A stretch of DNA of 64,000 nucleotides, from NCBI GenBank assembly GCA_002269645.1, contig NIVC01001053.1, forward strand, positions 28,193 through 92,192, written 5' to 3'. The notes beneath the pieces were generated by a model, which searched no databases, was not told the origin of the DNA, and saw only the letters and a list, made by a program, of their open reading frames with translations. Positions within the stretch are counted from its first letter, which is position 1, and every line of letters begins with the position of its first letter. This document shows, in pieces, positions 25,441 to 38,030 of the stretch. The DNA is from Macrostomum lignano (taxonomy: Eukaryota). The position numbers and the translations under genes were made by a program.

Positions 25441-25770
25441 TGGGCAATGGCTGAGCCTAGAGTTCTAATATCGGAACCCATTTTCAATTTGTAATGGCTA
25501 TTGATCTGGCAGTGGTATTCTAGTAGTGCAATTTATGGGTATAATATAGGCCCTAGCAGAAAAAATTTAATTATTAACAGGTAGTTGATGTTAAGATTTT
25601 GTTCAAGATAAGCCTAAGATCAAAACAAAATGATGAGACTCAAAACAAGATACTTCTAATGTTTAAAGACTTTATTAGGCCTAGTAGATAACTGCCTATA
25701 GACGAAGACTGCCAGATCCATAGCCATTAATAAACAGGTTCCAATGCCAGAACTCTAGTCATTACTGATG
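25441..25770. mobile_element. CpG-decayed copy of the MITE at 46967-47255
   Basis: Termini TGGCAATGG..CTAGAGTTC...GGAACCCATTTTC and GATCCATAGCCATT...GTTCCAATGCCAGAACTCTAG. Confidence 0.65.
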
Positions 25771-26109
25771 AAATGATTGCATTGTATTTTTGTAGATAGA
25801 AGAGAGGTAGACAAACTAGAAGCAGATGAAATGGCCATCAACCCACAATTTATTTTTTTATGTTGTTTACCATTTCTAGTCCTAGGTTAAATTATAGTCT
25901 ATAATGAAATATTTAAGGTCAAACTAAGAATGAGAGAATGCAATAGGGGTCTCGTGCCCTATTTGTGACACCTGTGCTATGCTCTTTATCAGTAGTAAGT
26001 AAGAATGAGAGAAAGATCGCATTGAAGACATTAAATAACAATATTCAACAAATTACCATAGACAGATGAATTAATAATTAATAAATTTGATATATTCTAA
26101 GCAACAAGC

Positions 26110-26420
26110 CCGCATAGCAAAATTATATATCCAATAGAATAGAAACTTGGACATCTCTAATAGGCCTATGCGGCTATGCCTATATAATTTTTTAGTTGCA
26201 AGAACATCCTTGTTGATATATATCCAATCTTTATGATCCTCTAAAAGAAACTTGTTTCTACAAAATGGTAGACTAAATTAATAATTTAAATATTATTTGT
26301 TCACAATTTTTGTAGAAACAAGCTTCTTTAGAAGATCATAAAAATTGGATTCAGGGACATTGCAACTAGAAAAGTTACATATTGGAGATGTCTAACTTTT
26401 TATTAGATTCATAATTTTGC
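26110..26420. repeat. Degenerate foldback (long inverted repeat)
   Basis: ATCCAATCTTTATGATCCTCTAAAAGAAACTTGTTTCTACAAAA pairs with TTTTGTAGAAACAAGCTTCTTTAGAAGATCATAAAAATTGGAT. The outer arms also pair. Confidence 0.6.
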
Positions 26421-29400
26421 TAGGCTTATTTGGGAATAATTAGCTATATTAGACATTATAAAACAGTAGAGCTAACAAATAACAAAGTATTTAGCATCAG
26501 ACAGTTAGTTTATTAGTGCTTATTATTAGAATTTAAGGGTGCATTAATCAAAATATTTGTTGGCAAACATTGGTAATTATATACTTTATATACTAATTTG
26601 GGCTTGCTGCTTTATGATAGCACTAGCAGTTTCACTTGTAACTTATGTTCATCTTAGCTAGTATATAGTTGCAGAATTCTTTAGGATCTTATCAGTATCA
26701 CGCTACAGCCTGCAGTCTCAAGTATAGTTAAAAATTTAATAATATTCTCTATAATTTTATTGGAACTATAGTTCACAAAGCTTAGTTTACCCAGAAAGTT
26801 CAGTTCAGCCAACAAGAACACCATCTAAACTATTGTCTGGTAGATTCTTCCAGTAGATTAAAAGCATTTTTCACTTATTTTTTTCTCTAACTCACTTCTT
26901 ATGCCTAGTTCTTTAATTACTTAAAGAAAACATTTTAGTGACTATTTATCAACCTTCTCTCCTTGCAGACTTTAGACTAGTCTATAGGCTTTGCCTGAAA
27001 CTCCATAAGAGCCATAGTCAGGATCATGGCATGCCTGCGCCAGAATAAATCTTATCAAAAAAGTTTGATTGCACTGTGCGCCAGAATAAATCCTAGTAAA
27101 AAGTTTGTTTGGGCCATGCACCAGAACTATTCTTATCAAAAAAGTTTGCTTGCACCATGTACCACAACTTTTTCAAAAAAGAACTAAAAATCTATCATTT
27201 TCCATTTGAAAAATACTAGTAAAACTTGTATTTGAATCTATTTCTTAAAAAATGCATTGATGTTACCATAAATTAATTAAAAAAGGCATCAATACATTGG
27301 CAATTTGTGGCAAACAAAAATGCTAATTAAAAGAAATTACATGCTAATTTTCTATCAAAGAAAATATTGTCTTGTCAGAAGCTTTTGTCTTATACCAAAT
27401 TGTGCCAATTTTTTGTCTTGCACTGTACTGCGCCAGATTTTTTTACCTTGCCTGCTGTTGTGCCAGAATGTGCCGGCACGTTGCATGTCTAACCCTCTTG
27501 CGCTGGAATTTTCTGTGAAAAAGGCCATCTTCCATCCTGACCAAGGCACAAGAGAGCTTAGTGTCCTATTGAACCTACTATGTATATCTATTGGCACAAA
27601 ATAATAATACCATTCCTTAATGGCGTGACTTAGAAATTGGTCATTTTTTCCTGGGTACACACTGACTGTTCCAAACTATGGTCCTATTCTCTTTGCTATT
27701 TCTCTTTTCTACCCTTCCTACCCTTCCTCTCCCCTACTATTCTTGCTAGCCATTCCTCTTTTCTTCTATTCTTCTTGCTATCTTTCTATTTTCTATCTAT
27801 TCTTTTTTCTTCATGCATCTTCTTTGCTAATCTTCCCACACTTCCTAGGCTACCATTCCCCTCCTTCCCTATCCTCCTTGCCCTTCCCCTACTCTTCTAT
27901 CCTCTTTGTCATTCCCCCTTACTTCCTAGGCCCAGCAAATTTAGTTTCATTGTTACAGAGATTGTTAGTGCAGATTGCTCAAATGCAAGCTGCAAAGGAG
28001 AAACATTAGCATCTGAGCATGCAAGACAACAAAAAACATTGCTTGGTTTCTATACTGAATAGACAATGCAAGCCAAAGATGGCATAGAAAATATTAGGAT
28101 ACATGAAACTGAAACACCTATATGCAATTAAGCTTGCTTTGAGGAACATGTTAGTAATTTACTTGGACCTACTGTACTTGTACTATAATATTGTGGCATA
28201 GGCCTATAATAAGTGTAGCTCATCAATAGATAGTTCCTTTGTTTCACTATCATTGAATGAGAAAAAAAAATATTTGCTATGAATGTGTGCAATAATTAGT
28301 ATTGAAAATTAGACAATGAAGCACAACAAATATGATAAACAAAATAAGGATAAACTGCAATTCACTATAAGGCAATTACACAACAAGTTATAATATTTTT
28401 TGAAAATTTCACAGTGAGACAAGAGACCTTACTGCTATGAAGCTTGATCTTTCCATGATGTCATTCATATTGAAGGTTTCCAAAATGATAATTTTGCCAT
28501 CAGGGAAGCAAATAGTGTAGGATGTATTACCACCCAGTCTTTCTAGCTAAGATACCTTGATAAATGATAGATAGCATGACAATGAGAAAACTTCAGCAGA
28601 GTCAAGTATTTTGCTTTATAAAATTCACATAAATATTGCAATTGCACCCTAAAAAACTAACAATGGGGAAGCAATTCTTCAAGGCACAACAGAAAAAGGG
28701 GAGTGCAAGACTTGTCATTTGTCAAGGGGATAGCTAGGAAGATAGGGAAGAAAATGGGGAAAACCTTTTAAAATCTTTTTAATCAATGCATTTATATCAT
28801 ACAATCACTAGTATATACTATATACTCAAGCTTTTGACTCAATTTCCCTTATATAATCTTGTGGTCTTAAACAATTTCAAGATTTTTCCTATCTACAAAC
28901 TTCTTGAGTCTGTCAATTTTGTAGCAAATTTGCAAACCCAATGCTCAGTTTGTGTGCTTTATCTGAAATGCATATTCAACTGAACAAATTGCAATTAGAA
29001 AATATATATATAATGTCACTGTACCCCTATTGCTATTCTTGGCAATACATGTTCCAAGGTGAATTTTTGTGCAGCACTCAGCACTGCTGAAATGTTAAAA
29101 TGACAAGATAGATTTGAGTACTGCAAATTAATAAAATATCTTGAGCTGACTGACCATCATGCCTCATTTGACATTTTAGATTGTATTCAAAGTATCTAGC
29201 TAAACTTGGCAAGGCAAGTTTTACCCATTTTGATAGTATCAGTCAAGTTTGTGTCATTGTTGTATGCTAGGTTACAAAATAAATGCTTGAAATAAATCAG
29301 GCCCTGGGTGGCACCCAACCAGGTTCTAAAAAGCCTTAGGCAACTAGGAACTAGGCCCCTTGCTTCCCCCAGACCAAGAGAGTGTAAACCATATTCTACC

Positions 29401-31465
29401 AGAGGCATAGACGCTCTACTGAAGCAGATATACCTCAGTAGCTCATATACTACAAAACTAGGTTTTGACCTCAAGCTCTATATACCATCAACAACTAGCC
29501 CACTTTACCTATATTCTTATTCTACCTATCCCAGGGCCTAGGCCTAGGAAGGGAATGGCAAGGAGGATAGAAGAAATAGTAAAAAGGTTTGGTGGATAGC
29601 AAGGAGGATGGGAATGGGCATTCAAATGAAGAGGCAGATTAAACATGGAACACACTTTATTTAAAATAGAAAAGGTTGTAAAGTATAATCAATAAATAGG
29701 TTGCCAACCTACGAAGTAGCCATAACAACAAGTGGCTAGGCAAGGACCATTATTGCTGTCCTAAAATTGCACTTGGGATGCTAGCCCAGTCCCAGTGGAA
29801 GAAACACCTAAATATGTAGGTTGCTCTAAAATAGCCAGCAGAGCCCATACCAAAAAAAAGTTAAACAGCTCCCAAGAGCTAGCTCAAAAATTACATCTGC
29901 AATTATATTAGCACTTGTTGCATTGATAGTAAAAGCGTCCAGAAGAAGCATCTAAGGTCCCAAAATTCAAGGCAGCAAAAAAACTGTAGCAATTCAGCAT
30001 CTTTCCTTGTTTGCTTCATCAACAAAGCATGAAGACTCCATTTCCTTGATCAACTCTTAAAACTGTCAGTGTAAGATATGAGGATATCATCTGTTAGGAG
30101 GTAGAAAAACCTTTCCTAGGAGACCGCTTTATAGGTTGCGGTATTGTTAAGTCCAGGAATATTTACTTTAAGAGTTCCAAAAGGTGCAACATGTTTTCAA
30201 GACTCATTTTGCTAAATGATGGGAAGTACCCACAAAATCTCTGTGAAAGTATCAGACTTGGTTCAATCATTTTCCATTGATTTTTGTGGCAGTCGCACTT
30301 TGTTGCAGTTGGATTGTTGGAAGATAACAATCTTCTGCATCGATATTTCTTGCATACTCTTCTTGTGTCACTCACTTTCAGCATGTGACTTTAGGGTTGT
30401 GACTCTCGTTGTCAGTCAAATGTCGAAATCACAAGCGCGATTGTATCTCTTTCATCCTTTTCCAAAGGAACAACAATGTCTTCTGTAATTTCCTTGTTGT
30501 ATGATGACTTAGTAGTCCTATAAGCTTATGGTTGTTCAGGGAAATTATAATAAAAATAATCTGGAATTCGTGATTATCATATATAATGAATTCCTGTCTG
30601 CAAATAGTTGTAAATAGAGTACGTAATTCTTATGTTTGTTGTTGTTAAACAAATGGGACTAAGGTATTATCCCTCGGGTCAGCCCTGGGTGGGCTCTGCC
30701 GATGTATTGTTTAATATAAATTTTAAATTGACAAAAATTTAGTACATGAAATAAAAAAATTTTCGAAAATTATTTATTATTTACATTTGGGTATAAAAAA
30801 AGTAGTATTTGCACTGACTGCACTGAATAAAAAAGGGGGAATAATCTAAATAGTGGGGTCCTCACAAAGATTTGGAATTCTTATGTTTACAGCACTTAAT
30901 TAAAAAACCAGATAAGCGCAATATTTCCATGGTTGGAGCATAAAAGAAGCCAGACGCAAACACCGATGTGGTGGAGCAATGTGGGCTACAGAATAAAACC
31001 CCATAGACAAGAGACAGTTTTAACGAATTTATTTTGATGCGAAAAGAGTAAATTTGATTAACAAAAACTAAACAGAAGAGAAGCAAAATTCTAATGGGTT
31101 AGTCAGCTTAATCCCTATCAAATCCCTGGGATTCGAATTTTTTGCTGGCATCTTAAAGAATTTGGGATAACCGTGTTCAGAACAAGATCACTTATCAAAT
31201 CTACTCATATTAAGCATACAGAATCCAAAATCCTAAAATTCAAGGATCTTGACTTTGTATAGCAAAAATTTTATTATATGGCATAATATCCAATGAGATT
31301 TAAATCCTAGAATCTTCATTGCCAGGGATGTCAAAAGTAATTTTGATAACTTTTGAATCCTATCCAACCTGATGCACAATTTGCAACAATGCAACAGATT
31401 AAACTTGGTATTTGCTCAACAAAGATTAATACCATTGCATGCCTAGCTCTATCATTACTCGCTAA

Positions 31466-31711
31466 ATGAGGCCACTGACAGAAGACGAGACAAAGGCGGT
31501 ATTTGAGAAGCTGTCAAAATTTATCGGTGACAGCCTGACAGCCCTGCTTAATCGTGCCGATCAGCAGTACTGCCTGCGGCTTCACCGCTGCCGGGTTTAC
31601 TATGCCCCTGAGCCCACAATGAAACGAGCGGCCAATGTACAGCGAAAACAGCTACTCAGCTTCGGCACCTGTTTGGGCAAATTCACCAAGTCTAACAAGT
31701 TTCATTTGCAG
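31466..31711 (+). CDS. NIP7: 60S ribosome subunit biogenesis protein NIP7, exon 1
   Basis: MRPLTEDETKAVFEKLSKFIG...LLSFGTCLGKFTKS.KFHLQ, then a GTTAGT donor at 31712. Confidence 0.97.
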
Positions 31712-31801
31712 GTTAGTTTCTTGTCACTTCCTCATTTATTTTTAAAATCTGTAAACCAGAATCGTAAATCAAAGAGCTTCTACGCCTTTATTCAATTGTA
31801 G

Positions 31802-32101
31802 GTTACCGCTCTGGATTTTCTCGCTCCTTATGCTAAGCATAAGATCTGGCTGAAGCCTTCGGCAGAGCAGCAGTTCCTATATGGGCATCACGTGACCAAA
31901 GCCGGCCTCGGCCGCATCACTGACGCAACGCCGCAATACGCAGGCCTGGTTGTGTACTCAATGAGCGATACTCCATTGGGATTCGGCGTTGCCGCCAAGT
32001 CTACGCTGCAGTCTCGCAAAGCCGATCCTATGGCGTTGGTGTGCTTCCATCAAGCTGACATTGGCGAGTATATTCGCAGCGAGGCTACTTTGTTTGGATA
32101 G
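31802..32101 (+). CDS. NIP7: NIP7 exon 2 (PUA domain)
   Basis: [40 protein letters not shown]...GFGVAAKST...[17 protein letters not shown]. The 90-nt intron is phase 0 and the total is 181 aa. Confidence 0.97.
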   Translation, partial: VTALDFLAPYAKHKIWLKPSAEQQFLYGHHVTKAGLGRITDATPQYAGLVVYSMSDTPLGFGVAAKSTLQSRKADPMALVCFHQADIGEYIRSEATLFG

Positions 32102-32145
32102 GACTATAAGGACGCTTGCCTATTCTTGATTCTGTGTACAAGATT

Positions 32146-32520
32146 CGTTGTCTATGTTGAACTCAGCCCGCAGTGTTCGGGATTGGTTATGTCTATGGTA
32201 AACTCACCCCGCAGCGTGCAGGATTGGTTATGTCTATGGTAAACTCACCCCGCAGCGTGCAGGATTGGTTATGTCTATGGTAAATCTCCCCGCAGCGTGC
32301 AGGATTGGTTATCTCTATGGTAAACTCACCCCGCAGCGTACAGGATTGGTTATGTCTATAGTAAATCTCCCCGCAGCGTGCAGGATTGGTTATCTCTATG
32401 GTAAACTCACCCCGCAGCGTACAGGATTGGTTATATCTATGGTAAATCTCCCCGCAGCGTGCAGGATGTTTGTCTATGTTGAACTCAACCCGCAGCGTTC
32501 AGGATTGGTTATGTCTAGGC
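32146..32520 (+). repeat. 41-bp minisatellite GGATTGGTTATGTCTATGGTAAACTCACCCCGCAGCGTGCA
   Basis: About 9 units starting roughly 45 nt after the NIP7 stop. Confidence 0.92.
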
Positions 32521-33111
32521 TAGCTTTAATAAACTCGTGCCATTGCTAGGTTTTTTATCTTTTTCGTCTAAAGTCGAATAGAAATGTAATAAATTCTGTT
32601 CCTCTTTTAAAAGATATTGGATTAGCGCACATATATGAGGGTTCACCTCTAACTGAAGTCCATCTATGCACTTTAGGCTTGAGACCAGGATCAAGTCCCA
32701 CGTCTTGTAATGTCATTAATTTTATTTTATCAATCTGCGTTTTGCGAGTTAAAATCTATTTAAGCATTTTTAAAAGTACATATGGTACTTTATCAGCGAT
32801 TGAGAATATGCTAAGGTGCATGAATAGGCTTTGTCGTGGACTTAAGAATGTAATAAATTGTACTGAAATTCATGCTTAATGATTGAAAAAAATAGTGTAT
32901 TCAGCTGCGTTATTAACTTCGCCACATTATTGTTTTAAAATGTCCATGACTATGAGTTCACTCTACCTCACTTACCCAAGGTCATCTCAAGGTCACTTTG
33001 ATTATAATTAGTCATTACATATTGGCTCATAATATGATTATAAAAAGTTATGAAATAAGTTCTACATTCACAAACTTGACACTGGTGTTTTCAGTCTTTG
33101 TATGCCAAACA

Positions 33112-33177
33112 ATGAGCAAAGATAGAAAGGAATCTGCCGAACAGGTGATGAAGGAGACACTGTTGGCTGAAATTCAG
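33112..33177 (+). CDS. Uncharacterised gene, probable first coding exon (MSKDRKESAEQVMKETLLAEIQ)
   Basis: ATG at 33112. The phase-0 GTTTGT donor at 33178 joins the exon at 33804. Confidence 0.55.
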
Positions 33178-33420
33178 GTTTGTTATTACTATTTTGTTAA
33201 AATTTTCAGTAGTTGCTGACCAGTTAAAATTATATTAATTCTTCACAACGAGCGCGACTCCTTCGCTGAGGCAAGTCTACATACAAGCGCACCGATTCTG
33301 TACGCATGCACGCACTCGTGCACACGCTCACAAAGGGTGTACATCGGCCCTGACTTTCTAACCGTCAGGCATGTACAAGTAATGATAGTTATATAGATTA
33401 ATTGCAATTGTCCAGATGGC

Positions 33421-33687
33421 CAGATGTGCAACCGACAGCTATTTCGCGGCGCATCTGAAGGCTGCGTACGGGCGGTACGGCTGTTCAGTCCAAGGACCCG
33501 GATTCCCTACACACATCCTCAATTATCCCAGCTAATGATTGTACCAATTTTACAGCTGGGTGAACTGAAGCAATGCAGAGTTGAGTGCCTTGCTCAAGGA
33601 CACAAATTGTTCCGAGTGGGATCGGGAATCGAACCCCCGGCCTTCAAGTCGTGAGTCCGACGCCAATCTAACTACTAAGCTACAGCC
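33421..33687 (-). mobile_element. tRNA-derived SINE, second copy (intronic)
   Basis: Aligns with 6690-6970, including the A box, B box and central domain. Confidence 0.85.
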
Positions 33688-33803
33688 CCCCCCCCCATAA
33701 AAAGTGCATGCACAATATGTTTATCGGCGTTTTAAAAGTCGGATTAAGAGTAAGCTATACAAAATATTCTGATAATAATTGAATTTAACGCTTTTATTCA
33801 CAG

Positions 33804-33935
33804 GCCAATCAGGCTGACGCAATCGAGGCGGAAAATATTCTCACTAAAAAGCTGTCAATACTCAGTCTGGCTGTTAACAGTCTGAATAGGCAGACGTTTA
33901 ATGGCTTGAACCCGATGGCAAGCATCTGCGACGCG
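33804..33935 (+). CDS. Uncharacterised gene exon (ANQADAIEAENILTKKLSILSLAV...)
   Basis: Acceptor ttttattcacAG, 44 open codons, phase-0 donor GTAGGG. Confidence 0.6.
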
Positions 33936-34012
33936 GTAGGGTGTCCAACATGACTGTCAACATTTTTTAACCTGTGGATAAAAACTACAAATTAAGCAAA
34001 ATACAATTACAG

Positions 34013-34189
34013 GAAATGGTTAATATTATTGATTCAGCCGAATTACGCGACCATGAGGCTGCGGCTAATTTCCTCGCTCAGTCGCTGACTCTTGGCAGCC
34101 TGCTTTTTACACAATCGGAGCCTGTTACTGTGGAATGCCTTAGCCTTAGGCAGTTTATATTTCATCAGTACTGGCTAGTCTGCGCTAAT
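34013..34189 (+). CDS. Uncharacterised gene exon (EMVNIIDSAELRDHEAAANFLAQSL...)
   Basis: Phase-0 acceptor caattacAG. The donor is uncertain (GTTAGT at 34190 chosen; GTAAGG at 34204 is an alternative). Confidence 0.5.
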
Positions 34190-34339
34190 GTTAGTTTTAC
34201 AGGGTAAGGCTACACTACACTAGTTTACAATTCTTTTATTTGCAGGTCCGTGAAGAACTCTTGTTAGCTGCCAATTTCCGAGAATTTCTGTGAAGTTTTA
34301 ATTAATGTCATTTTGGCGCTCCCTTAAATGCACAATGGC

Positions 34340-35070
34340 GCCAATAAACATTGGCGCTCTCTAACACACATTGGCGCTATCTAACACGCATTGAATCGCT
34401 CGACATAACACACACTTAAGCCCCTAACACACGCATTGGCGCTCTGACACACATTGGTGCCATCCAACATATTTAATCTCTCTAACACATTGGCGCCCTC
34501 TAACACACATGGCGCCCTCTAACACACACATGGCGCTCTTTAACACACATTGGCGCCCTCTACACAGGCGCACCCTTATACACATATTTGCGCCCTTTAA
34601 CACACACATTGGTGCCCTCTAACACACACATGGCGCCCTTTAGCACACATTGGCGCCCTCTACACAGGCGCACCCTTATACACATATTTGTGCCCTTTAA
34701 CACACACATTGGTGCCCTCTAACACACACATGGCGCCCTTTAGCACACATTGGCGCCCTCTACACAGGCGCACCCTTATACACATATTTGTGCCCTTTAA
34801 CACACACATTGGTGCCCTCTAACACACACATGGCGCCCTTTAGCACACATTGGCGCCCTCTACACAGGCGCACCCTTATACACATATTTGTGCCCTTTAA
34901 CACACACATTGGTGCCCTCTAACACACACATGGCGCCCTTTAGCACACATTGGCGCCCTCTACACAGGCGCACCCTTATACACATATTTGTGCCCTTTAA
35001 CACACACATTGGTGCCCTCTAACACACATTGGCGCCCTCTTACACATGTACACTGGAGCCCCTAGCACAC
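34340..35070. repeat. Intronic satellite of ~20-bp monomers (AACACACATTGGCGCCCTCT) organised in a 100-bp higher-order repeat
   Basis: TACACAGGCG recurs at 34561, 34661, 34761, 34861 and 34961. Confidence 0.9.
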
Positions 35071-35293
35071 GTTTGTGTCCCTTACCACTGTGAACCCAAT
35101 CTTACCATTTACGAGTACATTAATTAAAGCTATACTTTACCATATTTACATATGCGACCTATCAGTTTCAATAGGCACGAATCCAAAATGACACTAAAAC
35201 TTAAGTTCTCAGATGGGCACTCACTGATTACTACAGGTTACTACAGTAGTGTTTTAATACCCATACGGCAGGCAAAACTCCGGCACTAATCAG

Positions 35294-35624
35294 CACAATG
35301 GCCAGTTGTTAGCCTCTCTGCAGTTGTTGCCGTTGGCATCCAGCAGCGCAGAGGCCAGCAGTTACTTGTGGCACAGCTATGAGATCAGCATATCTGGTAG
35401 CGAACTCAGCGCTAGCGGCTGTTGTCGCCGCCTAATCGCATGGTGCCAACGGACTAGCGGCACCGATTGTTGTTGCCAGGCAACCATAGAGTTGCGCTTC
35501 AACAATTCGGAGTCAGATCGGTTTCATCGTCAACTGGGAGCGTTGCAATTGAATGCTGGTACTTTACTGAACTGCGATTGGCAGACTGTGCTGCTGCAGG
35601 AGGCAGCTGATATTACTCATAATT
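35294..35624 (+). CDS. Uncharacterised gene exon (...YLWHSYEISISG...ATIELRFNN...LNCDWQTVL...)
   Basis: Phase-0 acceptor at 35293 with an open GC-rich frame. The phase-1 GTAAGA donor at 35625 matches the acceptor at 37101. Confidence 0.65.
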
Positions 35625-35845
35625 GTAAGATATTTCATTATTTTTACTCTGTGGTAAGAACTTACAGTAACACTACTGTTTTACTGTGTTAGCCATTCAC
35701 CGTTTAGCGCAGACAGGTCGAATGGACTAAAGAGCAAGCAGTGTATGGCCTGTAACTCCACAAAGTGTCTATAGGAAGCCTTCGCTCTGCATGTGGGGGT
35801 TAGCTTTACTTGTGCAGCACAGACGAAATGTCTATGGCCTTAGTT

Positions 35846-36210
35846 CAGGGGTCAGCAAACTTATTACCTTAAGGGCCAAATAGAAAATACAGCTCATAGC
35901 TGCGGGCCATAGAAAGGAAATGAGAGAGGAAAGTAGAAAAGATATAAGATTAGAGGTGAGATGAGAGAGGGGAGAGAAGAGGAGAGAGGAGAGGAGAGAG
36001 AGAGAAGAGGAGAGGAGAGGCAGAGAGAGGCGAAACGGGGATAGAGGAGAGAGATGAGGAGAGAGATGAGAAGAGATAGAAGAGGCGAGAGAAAGAGAAA
36101 AAACTGCGTGCGAAGAGAATTATTGAGCGGGCCGGATTGCTATCGCGAAGTTTCAATGGACTCGAGGGCTGGATTGAGAGGCTTCACGGGCCGGAGTTTG
36201 CCGAGCCCGG
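35846..36210. mobile_element. hAT (Charlie-like) non-autonomous element with internal GA microsatellite
   Basis: Termini CAGGGGTCAGCAAAC / GTTTGCCGAGCCCGG, with typical GGGCCR subterminal motifs and imperfect 8-bp flanks (CCTTAGTT / TCTTAGAA). Confidence 0.7.
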
Positions 36211-36421
36211 TCTTAGAACTGGCGCATATTAACCATGTGTGTGCTTCCTGGCAAAGTTCCACGAATGTTCTTGTCCACTTTGATCTCCTTACTGCTACTT
36301 TTGATTCTGTCTAAAACTATCCATCCATGTATCCCCCACTTGCCCCGGGCGAACGTCTATGGTCTCAGTGTAAATTTAATTTATTTGCATGGGTGCATGG
36401 GATACATCACATATTATACCA

Positions 36422-36535
36422 ATATTGATGGGCTGCAGAGGGCAGAAACGAGCTATAACGCCGCTATAACGCCGCGAGCTATAAAGCTATAAACGAGTGT
36501 TAGCTCGTTTCTGCCCGATGCGGCCCATCCATATT
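36422..36535. repeat. Palindromic element (~33-bp arms)
   Basis: GATGGGCTGCAGAGGGCAGAAACGAGCTA pairs with TAGCTCGTTTCTGCCCGATGCGGCCCATC. Confidence 0.7.
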
Positions 36536-36823
36536 AGTGTTATGGTTAGCGGGCGTGAAACCGCGTTTCACGGGCCGCTGAGACTGTCTATGGTAAAATC
36601 CCATTTACTTCAATGCATTCAGTCGGTTTCACGGCCCGCTGAAAATGTCTATGGCAAAGTCAGAAGAAAGCGGGGTCAAGGGGGCGTTGAGTAACTGACA
36701 AAAAATAGTAACTATGATACTAAGAATTATTAAGCAGCACTAAGCTTTACTTTTAAAATATACAAGTTGTAGAAACATTAACTAGATACTTAAATGCATA
36801 CGAGTTTTTTTACTTATTGAAGT

Positions 36824-36997
36824 TGGCCATAGATACTGCAGCGGGCGGGATGCTGTGCGTTTTACCCCGTTTCAACACGCCTAGGCTAACTATAATCCCC
36901 ATTAATACCAAGTGTCTAGGGCAAAAATGCTTTTGTGCCTCGCTTATTGACCTCGGCGACCATTGATATCATTGCTGTCGTCTTTTGTCTATGGCCA
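36824..36997. mobile_element. Small MITE-like element with CCATAGA/TCTATGG termini
   Basis: TGGCCATAGA ... TCTATGGCCA inverted ends. A related 74-bp element is at 39836-39909. Confidence 0.45.
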
Positions 36998-37101
36998 AAA
37001 TCAAAACCATATTGTCAGATTTATTTAAGCGGGCATCAAAATGAAATGCGTGCCTATAGCTAGTCTGACCTACCGTTGCCACACTTTTCCATTACCTACA
37101 G

Positions 37102-37829
37102 CGGCGGTAAGGCATCTTGCTGACTGTGTGGGCCAACTGCAATCCACTCAGCGTTATTCATTCTCACCTGAGCGCCAGCAGCAATCTCGATTGTCTATAG
37201 CGTCTATTAGGGCGCAACTATTTAACAATATTGACAGCAAGAATCAACAGCAGCAGCAGCCTCGGAGGCAGGTGCTGCAGTTGCACAGAGTCGCAATTGG
37301 CAACACTGACTGGATTGTAGCGCCAGCCACTGTCGCCGGCTGCCGATTAGTCTGGACTGGCGTCGGCGAATCGCAAGAATTCGTCTGCGAGCTGCGGTTT
37401 CTACTGCAGGAGCAGAGCAGCTTGATGACGCAACTGCTAGCTGGAACTGGGCTTCTTCCTCAGCCAGTCGATGCTGCGAATTCGATTAGTAACCATAGCG
37501 ACCCTATTGACGCCTTTGCCAGAGGCTTAACAGAGGCCTGCGATGCGGCAGCGGCAGCTCTTACTAGCGCAGGCGTTGGCGGAGTGGACTGTCTGTCTAT
37601 CGGTTTGGAGCCAATTGCAGAATTGCTAAATCATCGCGTCACCGAAAGCAACTCTGTTAGCGACTGGATTGCCAACTTGTCTTCGGCGTTGGAGACGGCT
37701 CGGACAGTTGGGGTGGACATTGTTGGAAAGTCCACCAATGTCCGGCTAAATGAGAGGCGTCGAGCGCTGGCGCACGAACTGTTGAAGGCTGTGAAATCGA
37801 TAAGCGATGCTGTTAGCAGGTCTGGTTAA
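37102..37829 (+). CDS. Uncharacterised gene, last exon
   Basis: Acceptor ccattacctacAG at 37100-37101, phase 1. There are 242 open GC-rich codons to TAA, with a polyQ patch. No family recognised. Confidence 0.7.
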
Positions 37830-37884
37830 ATTGATGCGCGTTGAGAACGTTGACTCACTCTAGTGACTCTGGGGCGACTCGTGA

Positions 37885-38030
37885 CTTTTTAACGACTGTG
37901 ATGCGACTGTCACGAGCGCAACACGCAAGTCGTAGAATCATTTAAAGGGTCGCGAAAGGCATCCAAGAGTCGTTGTGTTAGCGCCAAACTTTCTACTAAC
38001 TCGAGTAGAGTAAATAGAGTTGTTTAATTG
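37885..38030. repeat. Dispersed repeat, inverted copy of 6465-6615
   Basis: Direct alignment by eye. Confidence 0.75.

Noticed and set aside
27637-28062. 141-aa F/L/S-rich ORF
   Set aside because: Pyrimidine-rich low-complexity DNA. The other short AT-rich ORFs in 9-31 kb and 44-50 kb were rejected for lack of coding features.
29900-30500. Possible decayed helicase or transposon coding remnant on the minus strand
   Set aside because: Only vague motif resemblance with multiple stops, so it cannot be supported.
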